A stretch of 64,000 nucleotides of DNA from Eledone cirrhosa (taxonomy: Eukaryota), in contig OZ024740.1 of assembly GCA_964016885.1 (NCBI GenBank), positions 91,760,001 to 91,824,000 of the forward strand. The letters run 5' to 3'. A program made the position numbers and the translations under genes. This document shows, in pieces, positions 53,005 to 64,000 of the stretch. The notes beneath the pieces were generated by a model that had not been told where the DNA came from, searched no databases, and was given only the letters and a program-made list of their open reading frames with translations. Position 1 is the stretch's first letter. The number at the start of each line of letters is the position of its first letter.

Positions 53005-53486
53005 CTAGCAGAAACACCACACTTCGGATGGTTTTCTGCTAGAATGTTGTAGTGTGTATATTGATATTATACGCAAGTAAATATACATGTAGATATGGTA
53101 CGTAAAATAAAATCGTAATTGACAATATACACAGAAATTGAACGAAGACTGCGTTACACTCTCTTATGTAATCAGTAACGTAATCGATTATACATTAAAA
53201 AAAATCGTCATTATATATAAACTGCATTCGGAGAAAATTGGTGACAGAAAATTAATAGGTTTATTTAAGCGATTGCCACCGAAAGTATTGACATTTGAAG
53301 ATTTTAAAGAAGGGAATCTTTAAATAAATAATAACATATATTTAATGAACAGCCACGAAATTTAGTACATAAATTATGTAATATTCATTCATTATTTATT
53401 CAAAGTAATCCAACATATTTTACTAATGGGATACAAAATGATAAGCCGTACGCAGTCCCGCGCTTATTACTTTATTATAGTTTAGA
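53005..53486 (-). mobile_element. Non-autonomous Helitron (~480 bp)
   Basis: Minus strand A|TCTAAACTATAATAAAG at 53486, subterminal hairpin, and CTAG|T at 53005. Confidence 0.6.
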
Positions 53487-53796
53487 TTTATATTCACATA
53501 AATATAGATACGATGTCATACCGATGTGTAATATTTTTTTCAAGTAATGAGTAATGGATTGGTAGTTAAATGATATACAATGACAGCTATTCTTGAAATA
53601 TTTAGTGCATTGCGGTATTACTACACTTTTTCAACATTCGATAGGCGCCCATATAAGAAATCGTAAGTAAACGTATAAAGGCTGCACAACTGGTATATTT
53701 TTTTCTTTCAAAACAACGTATAAAAATATAATTAATTAGGAATAAAATAATGATTAAATTCACCACCACCCGATACCGAATTATATATATATATAT

Positions 53797-53894
<98 letters not shown>

Positions 53895-54570
53895 CTGTAT
53901 GTGTATGTGCGTGTGTGTATAATCTATATAATGAAAATCACCATCATTATCATCCTGACCATCATTCTGTTCAGCGTCAACCTCATCATTAATATTTTCT
54001 TCATCAATAGCAGTATCACAGTACCAACATCAAAACGAGCGACAACAACACATTCATCATTAACACCAACCTAAACATAAACATTTTCATTAAGAAAACC
54101 ACCGTTTTTTAAATTTATGTTTCATAAATACGTTCTTTTTCGGTGAGCAAAGTTGAACAAAAGTTCATATTCTCCATCTTCCTCTCAATTTTGTAATTAT
54201 ATTTGCAATTATTTTTGGCAATTTACTTAATTTCCCTTGATAATCAAATTTATCAATATGCCATCTTTATTATTGAGTTTCACTTTCGTTTTAATTAATT
54301 TCCACTCACACATTTTCATTTGTTATTAATAATTATCGTTTCTCATATATTTTATCTTCATCGTTACTATATTTTCAACAAAAAACAGAATCATTGATAT
54401 AAACTAGAAGCTATAAAACTACATGTCACGCAAGGTTAAATGATATTTGCCTACCCTAAATTTAGTGATGGAACAATATATCTTTTTTATCTCCTTGAAA
54501 ACATGTATACACTCATACATGCACACACACACATACACAGACGTACACACAAACACACACACATACACAT

Positions 54571-54612
<42 letters not shown>

Positions 54613-55551
54613 TGAATGTAGGGAAGTGACACACGAGTTGATGTATATAAACACATAGTAAAAAGGAAAACAACACGGTAGAAAATGCTAGAGGGATTTT
54701 TTCAGTATAACATCAAAACTTATTTATAAAGAAGGGATTTCCGCTTTTAATCGTGTACCGGTTTCAGCTGTATATGCTTTGTCAACGATGGAAGTTTTTA
54801 GTGCGGTCAAATTGCATATTTATACGAACAATAGCAAAATGGAGAAACCATTTGTTTTGCAGTTTTTACGTACATATTTTGAGAGGAAATTTCATATTTT
54901 TGTCCGTAGTTTTGTTACTGTTGACCAACAGAGATGGTAGCAGTTTAAATTGTTGGCTACAATTGTTTGCTTCGATCGGTAGCATTAGGGTGAGAAGGGA
55001 AAGGAGAGAAAGAATCAAAAGGAGGTGGAGAAATGGGGGAGGTTGAGAAAAAGAAGGAGATGTAGAAAGTGGAGACGAAGTGGAAGAGGGAGGGACAGGG
55101 TATAGGTGTGGTATAATACCAGGGCTATGGTAAGGAAGGAGAAGACGGTGAATGGGTGGGTTGAGCAGAAGGAGACGGCAAGCAGCTGTAGTGGTGATAG
55201 AGTCACTGTTAATGATACTAAAGACAAGCTGTACGTGGGATTGGTTTAGATGATTGAGTGACTTTAGAGTTTCTAAACGTATCTATCTTTGTATTCCTGC
55301 CTGAAATGCTGGCATTCTTAAATTGACCTGCAGTGTGGGTGTTTCTAAGAGGTCTTCCTTAACATTCCAGCATTTACACCACTCCACATATACCAGCCTA
55401 TTTTCAAAGTAAATGGTCCATCCTACATACTTATCTCGCACAATATTGAGTCCATGAGACCATGAAATAATTCACCCCGAGAACACGACCCTAAAATCAT
55501 CATGAGTAGCCGACCACAGTCAGACTGAATTGAAAGAAGCAAGGCAATGGA

Positions 55552-55678
<127 letters not shown>

Positions 55679-56164
55679 ATTCGACAAGTTATTATTAATT
55701 TAATGCATAGAAAAATTCCATAGATGACTGGATGTTCATATCGTGACGATATGTTACGTTTAATCGAAAATCATAGCAATAGTGACATTAATAGGAAAAA
55801 TAAATCCATAAATATAGTTTTTCAATAATAACAACCTTAATTTAGAAATCGAGAATAATTATAAAATCGTTAACTTCTTAGATGTAACTTTAAACCTTAG
55901 CTCAGGTCTTTATTATCCATTCCATAACATTGATGAACATCTAAATTACGTAAGTTTCAATACTAATATTCCTAGAAATATTAAAAAAACATACTACTGT
56001 CAATAGTGTCCAGCAAGAATTTCACGCATCTCAGCTAATCAAAATATTTTTGATAATAAAGCAGAAAATTACAATGAGGCTTTAAATAGAGAAGGAAACT
56101 CAAATAAAATTAAATACTTAGATAGCAATAACATGATAAATCATTCTAAAATGCATTATAATAA

Positions 56165-56272
56165 TAATTGTTTGTACTTTTGGAACAAGGCCAGCAATTA
56201 CCCAGTGCATTACTGGTACTTTATTTGATCGACCCCGTAAGGATGAAAGGCAAAGTTAACCTCGGCGGTATT
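56165..56272 (-). mobile_element. SINE fragment inserted into the PLE ORF at an (AAT)-rich site
   Basis: Reverse complement matches the SINE at 61160-61270; ttataataat on both sides. Confidence 0.8.
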
Positions 56273-58300
56273 ATAATAATGATAAGCAATTCAACTTAAA
56301 TAGTAAACCAAACAAAACAAAAAACTAGCACTAGAAATATTATTTGGTACACGCCCCAATCTCATTAGTTGTTAAAACAACTGTAGCAAAACTATTCTTC
56401 AAAGCACTGGATAAGCCCACAGGCACCACTCTATTTTTAACAGACACACTATACAACTATCTTACTCTAAAACTATGAACCTAGCACAAAATATAAATAT
56501 AATTAATAATAGAAACTTAGATTTAAACTATAACCAAACAAACCAAGATAACGATAGTAATATTTCTAATAACAATATCCATATTAATTGTACCATGTCT
56601 AGTAACAACTCCCGAAAATGTAAATGTAGAATTAAATCAAGCTGCCCTTTACAAAATAATTGCTTAGACAAAAACTTAATATATAAATGCACAGTAAAAA
56701 CTAGAGACACAAAATTTAACTATATAGTTGCCACTTCTACAAAATTCAAAGAACGCTGTTATAATCACAAACATACATTTAAAATAATCTTCCACTTCAC
56801 TTTCAGATCTAATTTGGCATGTATAGGACAGTAATATAGAATATTTAATATCTTGGGGAACGATTTCGAAAGCACCTGCATACCGAAATATGGCTTTCTC
56901 AAGAATCTGTCATTTGTGTATCGAGGCATTTTTTTATATACTTTACTGTCAAAATGCTATATATTTAAACAGTGAATTATTTAGTTCTTGCAGACATCGC
57001 CCCAAATCCACTTTCCCAAGTATTGCTAATCTATAATCTTCATTACACTTGACTACATCATATACATCATATACATCATATACATCTTTAAAACGCTTGT
57101 GTTGCTTAATGATGTTTTTTTTTTAATGAACTTATCTTCTTAAATTTAATATTTTTACCAATGATATTCTTTTCTTAATGATAATCTTCTTACTCTATTT
57201 TTTTAGATTGATACTTTTTAATTGATATTGTGCAATATATTTTCTTTACATAGTTCTTCTAAATGCACTCTTGACTTATCTAATAATATATTTTTCCTCT
57301 CTTTAATTTTCAAACTTTCACACATCCTTCGACGTATTTAATATCGAAATACATATATAATTAAAATGCTCATCCTTGAAAACATGTAATATAAAATACC
57401 TTATAATCTCACACAAAATAATATATCATTTTCTCTACATACTTTCCGCATTTTCTAAAAAAATTATTCATCAAATGTATTATTAATAGTTTAACAAATA
57501 ATATTGGAGTAATCTTTTCCTTTACAATTGGGCAAACATAGACATAATAACTTGTATGTTAAATTATATGTAATTTCGCTAAGTTAATAATGTTCTGTCA
57601 ATATTTTAAAGTTTTGGTGAAAATATTTGAATCTACAAGTTGTTCTTCTCTTAAAATTTGAACAACGTCTTTTTCTTAAATATATATTTAAAATGTAAAA
57701 TCAACATCATTCGTAACTCATATTAGAAATGTAAACACATTAATACGTGTGTTTTATATCTATATAATCGCAAATAATATTTATATTTATACACCTATTA
57801 ATCTATATAGATATTTATATACTTACAACCTGTTGTAATATAATAAGATAAAATGCACTTACAACCATAAATCTTCATATAATCTAATTGTAATGATTAT
57901 ATATATACTATTATAACTCATGATTTAGCTAAATACATTTTAAATTCTAAATTGATATTCCACCACTCCAACAAACTTTTAATTTTTAACGTTTCAATAT
58001 TTTTAAATTCACGTACATTGTAGTAATTTAAATACAAGCTTTTCTTTCTTTCTTCTTCCTGTATATAAATAAATTTATACTAATAATTATTTAAATCTAC
58101 CTAGCGTCTAAAAATAACGTTTTCTTTTCAGCCCTACGCCTCAAACTCATTTGCATATTCATCAAAATAATTTGAAATATTTGTTCTTTCGTCTCTTCCC
58201 CTTTTTCCCTTTTTCTCTCTTTCCTTTCACTATCCAGCTGAAACTTGAACCGTTAAGGTCTCATTCCTGAATATGTCAATATTTATAAAACAAACTTTGT

Positions 58301-58360
58301 ATTTTATCTGATGAGTGCGTAACCAAAGATTTGGTACCCTTGAAATACATATAATAGAAT
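58301..58360 (+). ncRNA. Type I minimal hammerhead ribozyme at the PLE 3' end
   Basis: attttat-CTGATGA-[accaaa/tttggt]-GAAA-tacatata-atagaat. Confidence 0.7.
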
Positions 58361-58511
58361 AAATATGGTTTTATAAATATAGTTTCCATTTATTAATATC
58401 ATTGATATATATATATTTATATATATAACGAAGGAAATGTGGTAAGGAACCAAGTGGACTAGAATTAGCCGTCGAAACGGCTTGACCTCAGCCGTCGTAG
58501 TCTTACTTGTT

Positions 58512-58556
<45 letters not shown>

Positions 58557-61157
58557 ACATTTTCAAACTAGACTGTCCAGAAATAGCCGTCGAAACGGCG
58601 GGAGCTCAGCAGTCGCGGTCTTGAACATTTAAGAGTCACTATTTACTTTACGTTTTTCACATTTTTTATGATTATCAAAAGTAAAATTGTAGGGTTTGTG
58701 TAGGTCGAACATTCTCAGTTGGCTACTTGTTTAAAATATAATTTTCGTGGTTAATGACAGTAATTCTGGCGCCAAAACCTGAAGAAAGTGAGAGAAGAAC
58801 AGAAAAATTGGAGTGTTACGGTTCAGTGAATTTGGCTGATGTTGAAGTGCGGTGAAATGTCAGACCTTAAGAGGTGTCAAATTTCAGAATTCCTACTGCA
58901 GTAGAATCGCAAACAATTTCATGTACAATAATTGCTTTATATGTTTCTGTTCCATGATTTTGAGGATACAGTGGCCGCTGGGGATGGCAGTGTAGAAGAA
59001 TCTGTCTGTTTGAAATAAAAAAAATATATTGTATTTGTCTACGCGTGTGATGTAGTAGAGGTGGTTTATCTCCTTAATAACAAGAGTGGTAACATTGATT
59101 TCTGAACATATCTACTGGCTTCGGTTGAACTGCATTTACATGTGGTGTGTACTTTGCAACATAAATATTTCATCGTGCCAATATGCCAGCTGTCTGATCT
59201 AATAAACTTTCGATTTTTAGTCTAGTTTGACTCGTCTAATGCTTGCATGAGTGTAATTACTTCTTCAATTTGAGTTATCATCTATCTGATAGATAAAAAA
59301 TATGTTGCAGACCAAACTACGCTGACACCTCTTTATGCCTTTTTCCTCTAAAAATCTGTTCTTCAATTTACATACACATATACATACACGTACATCAGCA
59401 CGTATATTTCTTAAAGATACATAAGAGCATTCTCTTTACACACATACGGAAACAAATCTAAAGTGTTTATTTAATTAAACATATATCAAATACCCACCCT
59501 TATCATTTCTCATGCGTCCCTCTTAGGTTCTTCGCCCTACCGCTTCCCTTTGATATTTGATAGAAACATATACCTACATTATCACCACATGCCTCTCTAA
59601 CAAATTGCACGCTATCTTAAACATTTCTAACACTTATAACATGCTTTAACATCCCCCACGAAATATGTTTATTTCAACTGCATTATAACTCTTTCCTCAT
59701 ACATGCATTATATAGTGTATTGACTCCTGCATTGTACACCCATAACATTAACTGTTCGCCAATGTTAAGATATCTTATATATTATATCTTATGTCCATCC
59801 TATCCCACATTTCTCCTTGCTTATAACATTTTTGCCTGTACTTTTTGCTTATAACTCTTACATATTGAACCAGTGATGCGTGTAATTGTGTTCTCACAAG
59901 CATACTATCTTTTTAACTCCTGACTCTCCACATGATGTCTATGACACTAACAACAATGATGTACCCTAAATGTTCTGAATGACTAGGATTTTAGTCACAT
60001 GTTTGGACAATCCCTATGTTCCGATGATTCCAGACTTCCCACTGGAAGAACAATTGTCAGCAAATAAATGTTCTAAACTATTATTTGATCGTTTTAACAC
60101 TTTGTATCTCGGCTCTGTAAAACAATTGAACATTTGCATTCAGCCTTTTGTCATACCGGTAACAGGCTAGTACTTAGTACTACCCTCCATATTTATAGTT
60201 ATATTAAACATATATAAATATAAATATTTTTATTACTATATATATACAGATACACATCACGCAATGATGGACTTTTGTAATGTATTCACCAATAGTTGAT
60301 TTATACTGTTAAATACTATACATTTCCGATTTACCTGTATATCGTATTGCTCCTCTATTGACAAATGCAAATATGTACAATAAATGAGAATCTAATACTG
60401 TTAACGTATTCATCATTGTATATATTGAATCCTAGATTTTAAGGTCAACAAAATATTTCCATAGCCGATGCTTGTATTATTTCTGACAATTTTGTTCTTT
60501 GAGATATATTGCATATATATTGGTACACACACACACACACACACACATGCACACACACATACACGCACACACACACACACATACACACACATACATATAT
60601 ATATATATATCACGTCGGATATTTTGCAAAAACATTATTTGTACAATATTTCAATTGTTATTCTGTGCGTTAGAAAATTCTTTCGAAGACTGAAATCCCC
60701 TTTACCGTTATTAGTCTACACGTATTTTTCTATCTGATGAAAAATTAGAGAGCGGGTAAGTTAAAGTCTATCAGAGTAGATGATCGATGTTATATTATTT
60801 TTAATAATATAAATCCACCAGCCTGGAATGTTTATAAATCACACTTAATAAATCAAATTCTATTCCGTTGAATGTCAAAAGTAACGCTGATCGAAAGTAT
60901 CTCAGTGACGACATATATATTTTAAATACAGGCATATGATGTAATTACATGTATATTAGTGTGTAATGACTTCAGATATTAAATGAGACATTTTCCTTAG
61001 TTTTCGTAGTCAAACATAACCTTTGAGTTTAATTCCATGCTATTAGCACTGCCCTACAAAACATAAACTACCAGGCTTCTAAGGTTTAGATCGCTGTGTA
61101 GATAGAAAGAGAAATTATATAGCGACAACGATAATAAATACGAAGACACATTATTAA

Positions 61158-61452
61158 TTATCCCGCCGATGTTAACTTTGCCTTTCATCCTTACGGGGTC
61201 GATAAAATAAAGTACCAATAATGCACTTGTTATTTGCTGGCCTTGTGCCAAAGGTAGAAACAATTAATTACTTATTGGCAGTATGCGTTGAGGGTCGGAC
61301 GCCAGATCTTGCAGCATAGTGTTACGACCCTTTACGATCAGAGTTCAAATCCCACCAATGTTAACTTTGTCATTCATTCTTATGCGAGCGACAAATATCA
61401 GTAATGCACTGGCGTTATTGCTGGGTTTGTGCCAAAAGTAGAAACAATTATT
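61158..61452 (+). mobile_element. Two adjacent SINE copies (61158-61270 and ~61275-61452)
   Basis: gttaactttgcctttcatccttacggggtcgataaa…gtgccaaa.gtagaaacaatta; the second copy retains gagttcaaatccc. Confidence 0.8.
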
Positions 61453-61690
61453 TTCTTACTTTAACCAAAATAGTCAGATTAGCCAGTAACATAGTCTATT
61501 ATATATTTTTCTTTAAGATTAGAACTCGGATTTTAGCTACATCAATGAATTAAGGATTGGATGTGAGAGATCATGCTCGGGCTGTAATATGCCATATATG
61601 TATTAGCTCCTATGCATTTGAAATAACCATATGTTGAAACAATGCACTTATAACAATAATATTGCATTCATCACTTTTATGTATTAACTT

Positions 61691-62682
61691 ATTATTGTTG
61701 ACTTGTGTACAATTATATCCAAATTATTTGTAAACTGGTTATTTTTTTCTTAGATTCATAGTCTTCACACTTGGATAAACCTCGTAAGTTTCCTTGTACA
61801 TTTTATTGCTAATTGTCACAGGGGACTAATAAATCATACGATTCGATTTGCTTCTATTTTCCCTCTTGATGATAATTTTTGCTCGACTAACGTTAAAAAT
61901 TTCATCTGGGTAAGTGACATTTGTGAGAGGTACACTGTTTTGGCAATGTGTATTTGGCCATATATTATTGTTATACATGTTGTTAGTAACCTGATATTTA
62001 TATGTTCTTCGTGAAAATAAAGACTTTTAATATAAATTGTTTATAAAATATATTGTACATACGGCCCTAGTAAAACTATTGTCTAAATACCTTTCATATT
62101 TACATAATCTTTTCCACATTTACCTAATAACCAAATAGACTAATTTCACCACTTCAATTAAATAAAAGGAAATATATACATCTAAAATACATACTGATTC
62201 AATAGGTGTTTTTGAACATGATTTCTATTTAATATTTAACCATGGTCTATAGAAGAAAACTCACATATTCGTTACATCTCATGCGACCTATATCAAGATC
62301 ATTCTTTATCAGTTCAACCTATGTAGAATATGTCGAATTTAATCCCATCGAAGTTAACTTTACCTTTCATCCTTACGGGGTCGATAAAATGAAGCACCAG
62401 TAAATCACTGGGGTAATTGCTGTTCTTGTACCAAAAGTAGAACAGTGTATCTCTCACAAAAAGTCACTTAACCCAGATGAAACTGTTAACGTTAGTCGAG
62501 GCAAAAATGATCATCAACATGGAAAATAGAAGCAAATCGAATCGTATGATTTATTAGTCCCTTGTGACAATTAGCAATGAAAAGTCCAAGGAATCCTACG
62601 AGCTGTAAAGACTATAAATCTAAGAACAAAATAACTCGTTTACAAATAATTTTGATATAATTGTACACAAGTCAACAATAAT
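61691..62682. mobile_element. Foldback/MITE-like element with ~250-bp imperfect terminal inverted repeats (61691-61940 / 62441-62682)
   Basis: attattgttgacttgtgtacaattatatc…gagaggtacactgtt mirrored by aacagtgtatctctc…gatataattgtacacaagtcaacaataat. Confidence 0.8.
62330..62443 (+). mobile_element. SINE fragment nested inside the foldback element
   Basis: aagttaactttacctttcatccttacggggtcgataaa…ccaaaagtagaaca. Confidence 0.8.
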
Positions 62683-63671
62683 TAGTCCTATTACTCTACA
62701 ATTACATGTGTGTCTTATGTTCTTCATTCATTCCTGTTAACATTAGGCCCTTGTTTTATGAAAGTTTTTTTTGTGACAGATTTCGAATGGTTTATTCGAA
62801 ATGATATGAAACTATTCCTGTTACTCTGTTGAGTTACGCTTAATAATCTAAAACACTAGGAAAATAGTATTATAAATGGAGAGCTATCTAAATGCATCTG
62901 TTTGCATATCTTTAATATTTACATTTTCTTCAAATCTTGTGTTGTTTTTGTTTGCCTACAATAATTTTGCTTCGTTCATTAATTCCAACATGTATGTAGT
63001 TAATAGGATATAGTCATTTCATGTAATCTATTCTTTGCGGGATTTATATTTTCATAAATCTAACAGCATTCTTAATTCGTGGTATCTATCACCATTGCTA
63101 AGCTGCAACTTTACTGTACGCATATTGAATTATCTCCTCGTCTGAAGCCCCTTAATATGCGTAGCAATGTTTCAAGATGTTTAAACCATCCGCATCAACA
63201 GTTTACGTGTTATTGTTATCTTTACATGCATTTAAATCTCTTTTCCTTGGCACATTTCCTAATATTTTTAGATTGAGGAAAGTCATGTGCAAATATATGT
63301 TTCTCTAGAGAGATCCTTCTCCTAATAGAAATTATTTTTGCAAGGTACACTATTCTCTCTGTATTCGTAGATGGTTTTTAAGGTATATATTAGCTGTTTT
63401 ATCTAATGATTATTATTGGAAAACAATCAGTCGTGTTTAATGCTTGCAAACCCACAAAGTGCGGAAAACTGTGAAATTCCTAATATTATTTAAATCGAAA
63501 ATACTTAATAATTTTCTCTCCCATTTTTCGTGATTTCAATATGACAAAGTACTGATAATAAGTATTTAAGCCGTATTAGCATTGCAGCATATCATTATTT
63601 TTTTTTTGTTAAGTATGGTAAGTTTGTTTTTGCTTTAAGGGTTAATCTGATATGAGAGCCTCAGCTGTACA

Positions 63672-63869
63672 TTATTTTGTGCTGCCATTTCGGCTATGCA
63701 GCGTTTCAAGCGTGACGACCTCATCGCCGACCTCATATGTCCGAGGAGGACAGGCAGCTTTCTTATGTCTGGGGGTTGTAGAGAAAGAGGTTGTGTGGTG
63801 GACGCGCATGATAAACTTGAAGACACTTTCCATATCTGTCAAGCCCTCATCAACTTTTTCAATCTTCAC
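63672..63869 (-). other. Possible terminal coding exon of an unidentified gene, or a decayed TE coding fragment
   Basis: GC-elevated island; open frame VKIEKVDEGL…RNGSTK* begins directly after a pyrimidine-rich …ccattctAG; no recognisable domain. Confidence 0.25.
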
Positions 63870-64000
63870 CTAGAATGGATGCTGAAGCTAGGGAGGGCGT
63901 GGGAGTACTGACTCGCAGTACAATTATTAAAAGTTATGTGAATGTAGCAAATGTGGCTCGAGTGAAATGAACTAGTTTGAGTATGCTTGTATAGGCTGGG

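Larger units (their letters stand above)
55680..58402 (+). mobile_element. Penelope-like element (Naiad-type), 5'-truncated: RT core end, GIY-YIG, AT-rich 3' region and hammerhead terminus
   Basis: YRDDML, KIVNFLDVTLNL, YYPFH…HLNYVSFN, CKCRIKSSCPLQNNCL…IYKC…FKERCYNH, CHLCIE…CRH; same family as 7566-10680. Confidence 0.88.

Noticed and set aside
58990-59340. Possible ancient LINE RT remnant on the minus strand (similar hints at 44.8-45.7 kb)
   Set aside because: Motif resemblance is too degraded to support a call without an alignment

Overview
AT-rich, repeat-dominated eukaryotic (animal) DNA. The SINE family, the RTE, Dong and Penelope content and the dense (TA)n/(CA)n tracts suggest a cephalopod mollusc (inference from recalled repeat sequences). 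No intact host gene is evident. The window is a patchwork of mostly decayed mobile elements. At 1-7.6 kb a nested cluster of non-LTR retrotransposons sits in (AAT)n tracts: two L1/Tx1-type ORF1 elements (one apparently ORF1-only), a Dong/R4-like RT-RLE element and a Tx1 ORF2 3' end. Elsewhere are three Naiad-type Penelope-like elements with hammerhead-bearing termini, a 5.4-kb Helitron with both canonical termini, a small non-autonomous Helitron, two RTE LINEs, a mariner relic, a CRE-like RT-RLE element with an N-terminal PHD finger, SINEs and MITEs. Several families of roughly 0.4-1.25 kb non-coding units occur as tandem arrays or as unit-plus-terminal-repeat structures inside (TA)n tracts, with hammerhead-like cores (retrozyme-like). 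Coordinates were read by eye and are approximate to a few bases unless a terminus is quoted.
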